From Zestosphaera sp. (GTDB lineage Archaea; Thermoproteota; Thermoprotei_A; Sulfolobales; NBVN01), in contig JAWBSH010000002.1 in the NCBI GenBank assembly GCA_038843015.1, positions 156,310 through 220,309 of the forward strand: DNA of 64,000 nt. Reading direction: 5' to 3'. Position numbers and translations under genes: made by a program. A model generated the notes under the pieces. That model had not been told where the DNA came from and did no database searches. It worked only from the letters and a program-made list of their open reading frames with translations. Shown here one piece after another: positions 19,527-29,010 of the stretch. The first letter of the stretch is position 1; every line of letters starts with the position of its first letter.

Positions 19527-20028
19527 CCACTACCTTGCTCCCGATCTTACGAGCAGTTAGTTTCTTCCTACACTCGGGACACACGCTGAGGAGGTCTTCA
19601 GGAACTTTATTCTCTATTCTTTTCTCAACTTCCTTAACAAACTTTACCGTAGTAAAAGACTTGCCGCAAATCCTACACCTGACAGTATTATGGACTACCT
19701 CATCATAAAGATCTCCTAACTCCCACGTAGCCAGCTCAAATTCTCTAGAGATTGATATAGCTTTCTGAGGGCACACGTACGCACACATACCACAGAAGAT
19801 ACACTTGCCGACGAAATACTTGAGTGTTGCTTCATTACCTTCGTAACCCATGGTTAACGCTTTAGGAGGGCATATCTTAGTGCAGGCGCCGCACCCAACA
19901 CACTTAATCGGGTCTACCTCAATCTTCCCTCTAAATTCAGGCGTAACTAACGGTGACTCAAAAGGATATTTTCTTGTAGCAGTCCCTTCACGAGCAGAGA
20001 TTGAAAGCATCTTAAGGAACTTAACCAT
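19510..20028 (-). CDS. 2x[4Fe-4S] subunit (NuoI/HycF/MbhN-like) with an extra C-terminal CxxC...CxxC element
   Basis: CVGCGACTKICPP and CIFCGMCAYVCPQ are present. The tail carries RCRICGK...VCPECRKK, which looks like a zinc ribbon. Confidence 0.8.
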   Translation of the reverse strand: MVKFLKMLSISAREGTATRKYPFESPLVTPEFRGKIEVDPIKCVGCGACTKICPPKALTMGYEGNEATLKYFVGKCIFCGMCAYVCPQKAISISREFELATWELGDLYDEVVHNTVRCRICGKSFTTVKFVKEVEKRIENKVPEDLLSVCPECRKKLTARKIGSKVVGVSGE

Positions 20029-21724
20029 TCTTTCTCCCTCTTCTAGAAATAACTCCTAAAGGTAATGTCTTAACATTGCCAGATTTCAAGTTTATGATTA
20101 CTGCTCTGTCAGTACATGAGAAGCAAGGGTCTATGCTAGCTATAGTTAGTGGTGCGTCAGCTAGGTCAACTCCTTTAAGCATTATGGGTACTGCCTGGAG
20201 ATTCTGGTAGGTCGGGGCTCTAACTCTCCACCTGTATGGTCCGTAAAGGTCTGTTAGAACTACGTGTATTACCTCACCTCTAGGAGCTTCTACAGCGCCA
20301 ATACCTAGCCTCATTGGTTGAGGCTCCCACTTATCAGTTTTTATAGGTCCGCCCGGTAACATATCAATGAGTTGCTCAATAATACTTATACTCTCGAAAA
20401 CCTCATCTATCCTGACTAGAGTTCTAGCCAGGTTATCGCCTTCAGTGTAGACAGGCACTTTAAAGCTAACGTAGTGGTAAGCTGCGTACGTGTAGTCTTT
20501 CCTCACGTCTCTCGCTAACCCGGAACCTCGGACAGTAGGCCCTACTAAGGAGTAGGCCCTAGCTTCACCTCTAGGTAGTATGCCTGTTCCTGTGAGTCTT
20601 GCTCTAACCTGCGGCACGCTTGTCGCGACCTCTACGAGTTCTTTAAATTCTTTCTTAAGCAGGTTTAGTGTCTCTCTGATTTTAGGTATCTTATCCTTAT
20701 CAATGTCTTTCTTAACGCCCCCGACTAAGTCTATGCCGTAAGTTTTCCTGCTACCCGTCAGTAGCTCTGCTAACACCATGACTTTCTCTCTAATCCTCCA
20801 AGCATGCATGAATCCTGTGTCGTAGCCTAGCAGGTGAAGAGCTACGCCTAGCCATAGGAGATGACTATGTAGTCTCTCGACTTCAAGAACTATGGATCTT
20901 ATGAAGTGTGCTCTTTCAGGCACGTCTATCTCTAGCGCATCCTCTACTGCCTGGACATAGCTGGTTGAGTGAACAAAGCCGCAGATACCGCAAATACGTT
21001 CAGCCAAGAAAGGAACTTGGTCGTATTTCATGCTTTCTGCTAGTTTCTCTATACCTCTGTGAACCATGAAGCCAACATATCTTGCGTCAACTACTTTCTC
21101 TCCTCTAACGTATAGCTCGAAATACTCTGGCTCGTGAAGTGCTGGGTGGTAGGGGCCGACAGGTATCCTCACAACCTCTTCCACACCTAACTCAGAAACA
21201 CGAGTTACTGTCTGAGGCTGATACATCTTTTTTATCTCATCTACACTAATATCTTTCCTCAGAGGGTAAAGACCTTCTGGCCAGTCGTCAGGCAAAACTA
21301 ACCTCCTTAAGGGTCTGCCATTAAATTCTACTCCTACGAGGTCATGCGCTTCTAACTCGTACCAGTCGGAAGCTCTGAAGAGATCACTTATAGTGTCTAC
21401 CTTAACCCCGTCTATTACGGGTACTTCGAAAACAATATTTGTTCCTTCACTATCAATCCCGAAAACGTAGTAAAGTTTAGTAAGACCTTCCTTAAGTCTC
21501 TCGTCTGAGGCGGCCATAGTTCTAAAATACAAGTCATGTTCTTTATAGATACTCTCAAGAGCCGTACGTAAGCAATCAGCTTTAATCACTACCTTGATGG
21601 TTACACCTCTCCTACTTAAGTCTAGTAATGAGTCTCCGCAAACACTAAGTACTCTAGATAATATTGCGTGACTTCTAGGACCTCTAGAGAGGTCTTCAAT
21701 TAATTTACTGAAATCATGACTCAT
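20021..21724 (-). CDS. group 4 [NiFe] hydrogenase large subunit, fused NuoC-NuoD type (HycE-like)
   Basis: The N-terminal part is NuoC-like (SDWYELEAHDLVGVEFNGRP). Both NiFe-ligand pairs are present: ERICGICGFVHS and DPCFSCTDR. A 27-aa C-terminal extension follows the last motif. Confidence 0.85.
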   Translation of the reverse strand: MSHDFSKLIEDLSRGPRSHAILSRVLSVCGDSLLDLSRRGVTIKVVIKADCLRTALESIYKEHDLYFRTMAASDERLKEGLTKLYYVFGIDSEGTNIVFEVPVIDGVKVDTISDLFRASDWYELEAHDLVGVEFNGRPLRRLVLPDDWPEGLYPLRKDISVDEIKKMYQPQTVTRVSELGVEEVVRIPVGPYHPALHEPEYFELYVRGEKVVDARYVGFMVHRGIEKLAESMKYDQVPFLAERICGICGFVHSTSYVQAVEDALEIDVPERAHFIRSIVLEVERLHSHLLWLGVALHLLGYDTGFMHAWRIREKVMVLAELLTGSRKTYGIDLVGGVKKDIDKDKIPKIRETLNLLKKEFKELVEVATSVPQVRARLTGTGILPRGEARAYSLVGPTVRGSGLARDVRKDYTYAAYHYVSFKVPVYTEGDNLARTLVRIDEVFESISIIEQLIDMLPGGPIKTDKWEPQPMRLGIGAVEAPRGEVIHVVLTDLYGPYRWRVRAPTYQNLQAVPIMLKGVDLADAPLTIASIDPCFSCTDRAVIINLKSGNVKTLPLGVISRRGRKNG

Positions 21725-21760
21725 TATTCTATCATCCTCTTATTACTATGTTATTTACAC

Positions 21761-22666
21761 TTAAATACCAATCCATGTAAAAATCACCAAAACAGTTAAA
21801 ACAATCAAGTAGTATATGAATAGCGTCCTCACACCTATATCCACGCGCGTCCTCCCTAGAAGAGTAGCTACTACTCCGTAGGCTATGTAGAGAAGTGTCG
21901 AGAGTAACAGAGATATTAGAAAAGCTACTAAGAGTGAAGGGAAGAAAAGCGTGAGTGGAGATATCAAGGCCACAGCTACTAGAAGAGACAACACATACCT
22001 TATCAATAGATGTGAGTATATGTAGAAGCCAAGTACCTTACCACTAAATTCGATGAGTATTCCTGAAGCTAGTTCAGGCTCTGCTTCGTGAATATCAAAT
22101 GGTAAACGACCACTACTAACGTATGTGGCTACGAACAAGATTGCTAAGCTCAACAAGTATGTAGCTAGTGTTGAGACCGAGTAATGAGTTGCTAGCTTAA
22201 GACCTAAAAAAATAGATAAGAAACTGCCTACAATTAATCCAAGCTCGTTAAGTACTGCCAGAAGTATGCTTCTGTAGCCACCTATTAAAGCGAAAGGATT
22301 AGAAGTCGTGGCTGAAGCTACCAAACCTAAGCTATGCGAGGTAACCACAAGAACTAAGAACATGGCTAGAACTATAAGGTCTATGTTAGTTAGCGTCAGG
22401 ACTACGTAAACTACGGCATAGAGAGACATTAAAGCTACTAACAGGGAGAGCATGACTAAGAATACTGCAGACTCTCCGCTGAGAGGTATCTTAAGCTCTT
22501 TAACACCCAACTTAAACAGGTCGTACCAGGTCTGGAGGAAAGTTGGTGGTCCAAACCTACTCTGTATTTTAGCGCGGACTTTCCTCTCGATACCGTCTAG
22601 TAGCGGGGGTAGGAGAGAAAGTACGAACGTAAATAAAAGAGAAAATGAGATTGTTAGGGCTTCCAT
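21761..22666 (-). CDS. membrane subunit NuoH/HycD/MbhM-like
   Basis: The 301-aa polytopic protein starts with LLDGIERKVRAKIQSRFGPP, which is the NuoH-family signature. Confidence 0.8.
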   Translation of the reverse strand: MEALTISFSLLFTFVLSLLPPLLDGIERKVRAKIQSRFGPPTFLQTWYDLFKLGVKELKIPLSGESAVFLVMLSLLVALMSLYAVVYVVLTLTNIDLIVLAMFLVLVVTSHSLGLVASATTSNPFALIGGYRSILLAVLNELGLIVGSFLSIFLGLKLATHYSVSTLATYLLSLAILFVATYVSSGRLPFDIHEAEPELASGILIEFSGKVLGFYIYSHLLIRYVLSLLVAVALISPLTLFFPSLLVAFLISLLLSTLLYIAYGVVATLLGRTRVDIGVRTLFIYYLIVLTVLVIFTWIGI

Positions 22667-23025
22667 GCTAGGAACACCATAAGTAGCATTGCGAAAACTA
22701 CTAATAAGTTCATGTATAGTGAAGTGAAGGATAGGGCGTCTTCAATCGCTGAAGTTAAGTCTATCAGATCCTTAGCGAACATCTTATAATGTTTGTAAAG
22801 CAAGCCTTCACTAACGCTGAATACCTTGTATACGTAGCTAGCAGAATCGAGTAAAAGATGTGTGAATGATTTTTCCCCTCTTTCGAAATTCTGACCTACG
22901 TCGTAATAGAAACTCATCTTAACTGCTGAAGGGACTAGTCTCCTCAGGTATTTACGTAGTATATCGCTGAATCTACCTATGACTGACGCAGACTCAGAAC
23001 TCAAGGCAGTGCACCCCCTAACCAA
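22654..23025 (-). CDS. hypothetical 123-aa protein with one C-terminal TM helix, embedded in the hydrogenase operon
   Basis: The ORF overlaps both neighbours (by 25 nt and 13 nt). It has a hydrophilic body and a hydrophobic tail ([19 protein letters not shown]). Its position corresponds to MbhI, but I see no recognisable similarity. Confidence 0.4.
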   Translation of the reverse strand: MVRGCTALSSESASVIGRFSDILRKYLRRLVPSAVKMSFYYDVGQNFERGEKSFTHLLLDSASYVYKVFSVSEGLLYKHYKMFAKDLIDLTSAIEDALSFTSLYMNLLVVFAMLLMVFLAWKP

Positions 23026-24527
23026 GATTCCTCTCTAGCACCCCTTCTTACGTAGAAGTAGGTGTAATACACAAGTACTGACATCATCGCCGTAGCTAAA
23101 CCCAACGGGACTACGTAGAGTAAGTCTAGTGAAGCTAAGCCAGCGACTACTACAACAAAGTAAACAGGCAGTGTTAGTGCGATGTTAAGTATTGAGAGCC
23201 CTAATTCTGAAGATTCAGTACCGGTATTCAGTTTAAGTTCTTTAGGTTTACTGAAAGAGGTCGCTCCCCAGTAGACAGTTACGTATCTCAAGCCGTAAGC
23301 AACTGCTAGTGCAGCACCTAAAGCCGCTACTACTAAGAGTAGTACAGCCATAGTTACTGATACCTGATATATTGATACTAGCCCTGCGAGGAGTAGTATC
23401 TTACCTAAAAATCCTAGTGTTGGGGGCGTACCTATTAAAGAAAGAACAGAAAGAAGAGCTGTTATAGTAGGCTTAATAACTATCTTGGCTAAATATCCTA
23501 GTTTGTTTATGTCTCTAGTGTGTGTTAATATCTCGACAGTGCCTGAATTCATGAACAACGTAGCTTTGAAAATTCCGTGAGCTACTGAGTAAATTAGTGC
23601 TGCGATTAGGAGTAGTTCTATCTTGAAAGCTCCGTAGGAAGCTAGCGCTATCGTTATTAAGCTAGTATTCTCGATTGTGCTGTAAGCCAAGATTCTCTTT
23701 ATATCTGCTTGTATGAGAGCTTGCAGACCACCGTAGATGACAGTCAGTGACGCAAAAACCAGTAGCGCGTAGTACACGTACATAGACTCAATAGCGGGCA
23801 CTATTAAGTAGAATCCGTAAATACCCATCTTAACCATCACCCCAGACAAAATTGCTGAGGCCGGAGCCGGCGCTAGTGAGTGCGCGTCAGGCAACCAGAA
23901 GTGGAATGGCGCTACAGCAGCTTTTGCGAGCAGTCCTACCGCTATTATTAAGTGTAGTAGTGGGTTAACGCCTAATAGATGCGTGCTTAGCTCGCTGATA
24001 GGTAGCTGAAAAGCTCCTGCGAATCCTAGCTTCAAAGCCGTAAGCCCGAGTATAGTGAGGAGAGCTACGTCTGCTGGAACCATAGAAATGAGCAAATACC
24101 TAAGCCCGGCTACTAAAGTCCTCCTCTCCACCTCAAAAACTATCGTGAAGAAACCAACTATCTCAGCGAAAAGCCAGAACATCACGAAGCTCGTTAAATT
24201 CTCTGATATGAATACTAGGTAAACACTTAAAACGAATAAGTCTATCAGTAGCGTCAAGTTTCTTCCAGGATACTTGTGGTTTTCATAGTGTATCGTGTAC
24301 GGGGTGATGAATAAAGCTACTATCGAAGCTAATAAAGCAAACAAGCCTTTAACTAGACCGAACGGCTGACTAATGACTACTATAGAGTAAAGCAACATTA
24401 CTATGGGAGAGCTATACCTTATGATTAGTGATGTTCGCGAGTACTTAGCCTTAACCGCGTTACCTACGACGTAGAGTAAGAATGAGATAGAAGCGATGAT
24501 GTAAGGATACATCCACTTATCTATCAT
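23001..24527 (-). CDS. antiporter-like membrane subunit (NuoL/HycC/MbhH-like)
   Basis: The 508-aa polytopic protein has the motifs [27 protein letters not shown] and LAYSTIEN, typical of the NuoL/M/N-MrpA/D family. Confidence 0.8.
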   Translation of the reverse strand: MIDKWMYPYIIASISFLLYVVGNAVKAKYSRTSLIIRYSSPIVMLLYSIVVISQPFGLVKGLFALLASIVALFITPYTIHYENHKYPGRNLTLLIDLFVLSVYLVFISENLTSFVMFWLFAEIVGFFTIVFEVERRTLVAGLRYLLISMVPADVALLTILGLTALKLGFAGAFQLPISELSTHLLGVNPLLHLIIAVGLLAKAAVAPFHFWLPDAHSLAPAPASAILSGVMVKMGIYGFYLIVPAIESMYVYYALLVFASLTVIYGGLQALIQADIKRILAYSTIENTSLITIALASYGAFKIELLLIAALIYSVAHGIFKATLFMNSGTVEILTHTRDINKLGYLAKIVIKPTITALLSVLSLIGTPPTLGFLGKILLLAGLVSIYQVSVTMAVLLLVVAALGAALAVAYGLRYVTVYWGATSFSKPKELKLNTGTESSELGLSILNIALTLPVYFVVVVAGLASLDLLYVVPLGLATAMMSVLVYYTYFYVRRGAREESWLGGALP

Positions 24528-24558
24528 TTTTACTACCTCACTAATGTTTTTGTTTCAC

Positions 24559-24596
24559 TATTTAAAAATGCATAAACATTTGCTCTCCTATATAAA
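24559..24596 (-). promoter_or_regulatory. candidate internal promoter (TTTATATA and TTTTTAAATA boxes) between the Mrp module and the hydrogenase module
   Basis: This 95-nt AT-rich stretch is the only sizeable gap in the cluster. On the minus strand it reads GTCTTTATATAGG...GCATTTTTAAATAG. The boxes sit 34 to 62 nt upstream of the ATG at 24527. Confidence 0.35.
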
Positions 24597-24622
24597 GACT
24601 TACCCAAATTATTTAAACTCAT

Positions 24623-26284
24623 TTAACCACCCCCAAGAGCTTTACTCAACTCACTTACTGAGTTAATATATTTACTTAAGCCATCAATACTTAATAGGCT
24701 TTCCGCGTGACTTATTAACTCGCTGATTATAGCTCCCTGCAAAATCATAACTCCTAAAATAACTAACGTAGCCGCTAAGACTAAGAGTATTAGGGTCGGG
24801 ATAATTAAGCGGTCCCGCTGCACCCTCTCTTCAGAGCTCCTGCCCACGACTAACGTATAAATGACTTTAAAGTAACCGAGAGCTGAGATTCCAGAGATTA
24901 GTACTATGGATAGGGCATGTAAGGGTAAGCCAGAGTTCATTAATGCTGTGAAAATCATGAACTTACTGAAGAATCCTGCTAGCGGTATGACGCCTAGTAA
25001 GCTTAGAAAACCTAATATTATGGAGGCAGTGAGTAGCGGGTACCTACTACCTAAGCCCTGCATTTCAGCCAGGCTTGTGGAGCCTGCTACTATCGAAAGT
25101 GTTCCTAAGCCTATAAATAGCGCGAATTCGCCAATAGCGTGAGTTATCATGTGAAGTAAGATACCACCTAACGCTTCTGCTGAAGCGCTCAAGGGCATTC
25201 TAGAAACTAACGCGCCAAAAGAAGTAAATATTATCCCGATATGACTTATTGTTGAGTAAGCAAGCAATCTCTTCACGTTCTTCTGCGGAAACATAAGTAG
25301 AGCTCCTAAGTAGCCTGTAATTAAGCCGAGAAAACTCAGTATCATGAGGATGAAATCTCTGAAAGCAATACCCCATAGAGGGAATGCTAGTACTGCGCCG
25401 TAGGCCGTAAACAACGTTATGAAAAGCCTAATAACGCCGTAAGTACCGACTTTATCGACTATCCCAGCAAATAAGGCTGAGGCAGGAGTTGGTGACTCTG
25501 CGTAAGCGCTAGGCATCCAGTAGTTGTTGGGGAATAAGCCAGCCTCAAAATTCAGTGCCCACAACATCAGAGCTACTGCTAAAGCAGAACTTATGAATAC
25601 GTTACCGTAACACCACTCACCAACACACTTACCAGACCATCTCTCTAAGTACTCAGAGAGTAACTGAGGTTCTTGGTGAGTCTTAACTACTAAGTCTGCA
25701 ATATTTACTGTCCCGAAAGACGCGTAGATAAAAATAACACCGAAAAAGAATAACATAGTAGCTAAAGCTCCTATAAAGCTGTAGGCCATAGAAGCTTCAA
25801 CAGCCCACTTCCTCCTCCTAAAGAATGCTACTAACGCGTAAGAAGAGATGCTGAGTACCTCAAGCATTACGAAGAAGTTGAAGAGGTCGCCTGTATAGAG
25901 ACAGCCGAGAACGCCGGCTAGCAGTATGAGAATTAATGTTGAGAGCCACTCATACCCAGACTCAATCTTACTAAAATACCAATACATGTAGAGTGACGAG
26001 AAGAAAAATAAAGTAGCTGCTAGGAAGCCCAAGACGCCATTAAGAAAATCAACTACATAAACGATGCCTAGGGGTGGTGGCCACCCACCAAAAGAGTATG
26101 TCAAGACATTGCCTCTAACTACTTCTACTAAGTTAACCAAGGTTAGAACCGCTACAAAAAATGTAGTTGCAGTAGTTATGGTAGCGTAAAGAATACGAGA
26201 CCTGAACTTAAGTGTCAGAACTGGCAACACGAAAGCAACTAAGACGGGCGCCACAGTGACTAAACCGACTGATGGTTCGTTCAT
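24623..26284 (-). CDS. mrpD: Mrp antiporter subunit D-like (second NuoL/M/N-type subunit)
   Basis: The 553-aa polytopic protein has WMPSAYAESPTPASALFAG and LAYSTISHIG motifs. Confidence 0.75.
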   Translation of the reverse strand: MNEPSVGLVTVAPVLVAFVLPVLTLKFRSRILYATITTATTFFVAVLTLVNLVEVVRGNVLTYSFGGWPPPLGIVYVVDFLNGVLGFLAATLFFFSSLYMYWYFSKIESGYEWLSTLILILLAGVLGCLYTGDLFNFFVMLEVLSISSYALVAFFRRRKWAVEASMAYSFIGALATMLFFFGVIFIYASFGTVNIADLVVKTHQEPQLLSEYLERWSGKCVGEWCYGNVFISSALAVALMLWALNFEAGLFPNNYWMPSAYAESPTPASALFAGIVDKVGTYGVIRLFITLFTAYGAVLAFPLWGIAFRDFILMILSFLGLITGYLGALLMFPQKNVKRLLAYSTISHIGIIFTSFGALVSRMPLSASAEALGGILLHMITHAIGEFALFIGLGTLSIVAGSTSLAEMQGLGSRYPLLTASIILGFLSLLGVIPLAGFFSKFMIFTALMNSGLPLHALSIVLISGISALGYFKVIYTLVVGRSSEERVQRDRLIIPTLILLVLAATLVILGVMILQGAIISELISHAESLLSIDGLSKYINSVSELSKALGGG

Positions 26285-26293
26285 TCAGCTCAC

Positions 26294-26800
26294 CTAATCA
26301 AAAACTTTTAAAGCGTACGTATCAAAAACCTCACTTACTTCTTTATAAGACTCTTCAGGCTTCGTTGTCTTTGCGTATATCCAGTGAACATAGATATTCC
26401 CTTTCTCTTTATTAAGGTCAACAACTACAGTGCCTGGAGTGTTAGTTATAGATAGAGAAACTAGAGTTATTCCGTAGTCGTTTCTAGTCTTTATAGGCAT
26501 CTTAACTATAGCAGGCCTTAAGTCTAGTTTAGGACTTAGGCTTAACTTAATCAAGAGTAAGTGAGCTTTGACCTCATCTATGAAGAAATATCTAAAAGCG
26601 AACCTGACTAAGTTAACAAACCTTCTTAAACTCAAACTCTTTCTCCAGTCTTCTATGAGTAAGTTTGAAGTAAGTACTCCTATAATGAGAGCTACTAAAA
26701 AACCTGTGAGGATGTCATAGAGTCTTAAAGTTCCTGTATATACTACGTAGATAATGAACGAAAGCAGTACTGGAACTATAGACTTATACAGCCTCCTCAT
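26294..26800 (-). CDS. mrpE: Mrp antiporter subunit E-like
   Basis: The size is 168 aa, with two N-terminal TM helices and a soluble C-terminal domain. Its position within the Mrp gene set supports the call. Confidence 0.6.
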   Translation of the reverse strand: MRRLYKSIVPVLLSFIIYVVYTGTLRLYDILTGFLVALIIGVLTSNLLIEDWRKSLSLRRFVNLVRFAFRYFFIDEVKAHLLLIKLSLSPKLDLRPAIVKMPIKTRNDYGITLVSLSITNTPGTVVVDLNKEKGNIYVHWIYAKTTKPEESYKEVSEVFDTYALKVFD

Positions 26801-27230
26801 GTATGTACACCCTCTTACTCCTGCCTATCTCGTCCACGTTCACAGTCTTGAAGTGGTAGCTTACATGAACTACTATAGTGGTTAAAAAAAGAGTCACTGC
26901 TAGACCTATGACTATCGCTGTTAGAACGAAGGCTTGTGGTAGTGGGTCAACAGATCTTTCTACGAATTCTCTGAGAGTTTCTGGAGTAGGGCTTAAGTCT
27001 GTTAAGACAGGTGGCTGCAGTAAGAGACCCGGCCTCCAAAGCTTATAACCAACTAAAATCGTAAACATGTTTACCGTGTCCTGAAATATTGTTAATGCTA
27101 TAAGTTTCTTCACTAAGTTTGCTTTAGCTACTACGCCATAAAGTGATATAGCTACGTTGAAGTAAAGAGATATTACTGTAAGCATGAACATAAACTTAAT
27201 CAACTCAATATCCAAGTTCTTCACCCTCAA
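26784..27230 (-). CDS. mrpC: Mrp antiporter subunit C-like (NuoK-like)
   Basis: The sequence LYGVVAKANLVKKLIALTIFQDTVNMF matches the MnhC/NuoK pattern. The protein has a longer C-terminal part than usual. Confidence 0.65.
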   Translation of the reverse strand: MRVKNLDIELIKFMFMLTVISLYFNVAISLYGVVAKANLVKKLIALTIFQDTVNMFTILVGYKLWRPGLLLQPPVLTDLSPTPETLREFVERSVDPLPQAFVLTAIVIGLAVTLFLTTIVVHVSYHFKTVNVDEIGRSKRVYIHEEAV

Positions 27231-28020
27231 GCTCTCTGCGCAGTGTTTCGTCTTTACTCAGTAATATCGTGAAGACTAGAGTAAACCCGCCAGCAACAGC
27301 TAAGAACTCAAAAAGATTGAAGAAGAAGAGTGAGCCTCCTAAAGGAACGTCTAGCAAGTGTGTCGGGTAGGAGAGAGTTGATATAGTCTTAGCTTGGTTT
27401 TGGAAGATGTAGCTTTCTACGCCAATTAAGAAACCCAAGACTAAGAGAGCTACAGAAGTAAAGCCCAGTAGAGCTAGGGAGATGTTCCGTATAGAGAGTA
27501 GCTTATTGTAAGTTATTTTCCTGTCAATGAAGAACTGCTTACCAAAAACTACTAGTAGGAGCAAGGGAGCTACTGAAGCTATCGCCCCACCTTGGAAACC
27601 CCCACCCGGTGTTAAGTGCCCGTGAAGAGCTGTTGAAGCGGCTACAGTCAGTATTGCTAAAGTAACTATAGCGGTAATTCTCTTGACAACTAGGCTTAAC
27701 CCAGCACTACTAACAAGCTCAGGCACTTTAGAGATACTCCGGAATAGAGTTAGGGCTGCAAGTATCGCGCCGTAAAAGACCACGGTCTCAAATAGAGTGT
27801 CAAGACCTCTATAGTCCCAGACTATCGCCGTAACTGCCTCGGGTGACGCAGCCCACAACCAGGAAATTTCCTGGTTGTAGGTCAGATTCAAGTAATTCTT
27901 CGCTATAAATCTAATGTCTTGAGGCGGTAGGTCTCCTAACCCGCCAGAGTAAGTAAGGTATGTGAGAGCCAGTATGATCACGACGAGTAGAGACACGAAG
28001 ATAAGATCTCTCAGCATCAT
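27205..28020 (-). CDS. mrpB: Mrp antiporter subunit B-like (MbhE/F-like)
   Basis: VTAIVWDYRGLDTLFETVVF is the MnhB-domain signature. Confidence 0.7.
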   Translation of the reverse strand: MMLRDLIFVSLLVVIILALTYLTYSGGLGDLPPQDIRFIAKNYLNLTYNQEISWLWAASPEAVTAIVWDYRGLDTLFETVVFYGAILAALTLFRSISKVPELVSSAGLSLVVKRITAIVTLAILTVAASTALHGHLTPGGGFQGGAIASVAPLLLLVVFGKQFFIDRKITYNKLLSIRNISLALLGFTSVALLVLGFLIGVESYIFQNQAKTISTLSYPTHLLDVPLGGSLFFFNLFEFLAVAGGFTLVFTILLSKDETLRRELEGEELGY

Positions 28021-28283
28021 GTCATCACCTCATACCTACCTACCTTCTTAACGAGAAGTATCACTACTAAGGGGTAGATACCTACAGCTACTGCCACATA
28101 TACTAAGACTATGTCGGGAGCTAGTAACAAGAAGTAAATTAGTGCGTAAGCCACACTCTGAACAGATGAGAAAACCACGGCGTACATTAAGTCTTTAGTT
28201 CTAATAGTGAGGAAAGTAAACAAGACCGAAGAAAGAGCTGAGATACCCATAATCAGGAAGATTAAGTCGATGTAATCCATCAC
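28017..28283 (-). CDS. small Mrp/Mbh membrane subunit (MbhD / DUF4040-like)
   Basis: The 88-aa protein has three TM helices and an LLLAPDIVLVYVAVAVG motif, which resembles the C-terminal domain of MrpA. Confidence 0.55.
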   Translation of the reverse strand: MMDYIDLIFLIMGISALSSVLFTFLTIRTKDLMYAVVFSSVQSVAYALIYFLLLAPDIVLVYVAVAVGIYPLVVILLVKKVGRYEVMT

Positions 28284-28663
28284 ACCTCACCCTTACTCCT
28301 ATCCTCCTCTAGTTGATCCACGATGACGGGTTTCACGGGTGCAGCTTTAGCCCTATGTGTAGCTCTAGCTAACGCGTGACTGCCTGCACCAGCAAGTAGC
28401 AACTCAATAAAAGCAACAACTAGTGAGGCACCGCACAAGAACCACCTATAAGGTCCTAAGAAATCAGCTCCTGCAGCCACTAAAGCAACGCCTATTATGG
28501 GTAGGAAGGCACCTCCTATACTACCTACAGTAGCTGCGTGTAATCTTGTGTAGAAGTTGGGGAATCTTATCATAGCTATTGAAGCAACTAAGTCGCAGAA
28601 GACTCCTACAGTTATCAAAGCCTGACCAGCTATGACTAAGAACCACTCAATTAGCGTAGTCAT
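28280..28663 (-). CDS. mrpG: Mrp antiporter subunit G-like
   Basis: IAMIRFPNFYTRLHAATVGS is the MnhG signature. Confidence 0.75.
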   Translation of the reverse strand: MTTLIEWFLVIAGQALITVGVFCDLVASIAMIRFPNFYTRLHAATVGSIGGAFLPIIGVALVAAGADFLGPYRWFLCGASLVVAFIELLLAGAGSHALARATHRAKAAPVKPVIVDQLEEDRSKGEV

Positions 28664-28665
28664 TG

Positions 28666-28953
28666 CTAATCACCTAACTCTCTAGCTTCAAGATACTTAG
28701 CTACGTAAATATCTAAAGAAAATATCCATAAAATCAAAACAACTCCGCAAACTATGAGTAAAGGAGATCTTAAAATGATCGTTAAGACAGTCATGAAAGC
28801 CGCTAAATCGTAGCCTAACGCGTCAACGGCTAAGACTCTATCAGGTAGTGTAGGCCCCTTAATTATTCTGACCATATATAGAAGAAACGCTGTGAAGTAA
28901 GGAATCATGAGAGCGGTGAGATAGGTAATCACCCACCATTCTAAATCAGGCAT
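28666..28953 (-). CDS. mrpF: Mrp antiporter subunit F-like
   Basis: IKGPTLPDRVLAVDAL is the MrpF/PhaF signature. This is the first gene of the cluster. Confidence 0.75.
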   Translation of the reverse strand: MPDLEWWVITYLTALMIPYFTAFLLYMVRIIKGPTLPDRVLAVDALGYDLAAFMTVLTIILRSPLLIVCGVVLILWIFSLDIYVAKYLEARELGD

Positions 28954-29010
28954 GAGGTCCAGCCCATATTTAAGAACTGGGATACCTTTTTAAGCATTGA
29001 TTTAAAGAAA

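Noticed and set aside
17160-28953. Whether the membrane complex is an Mbx/Mbs-type sulfane reductase rather than a hydrogenase. The two MrpD-like subunits are reminiscent of Mbs.
   Set aside because: The catalytic subunit retains both CxxC pairs (RICGICG and DPCFSCTDR) and a C-terminal processing extension. These features are typical of bona fide [NiFe] hydrogenases, whereas Mbx/Mbs large subunits have lost NiFe-ligand cysteines.
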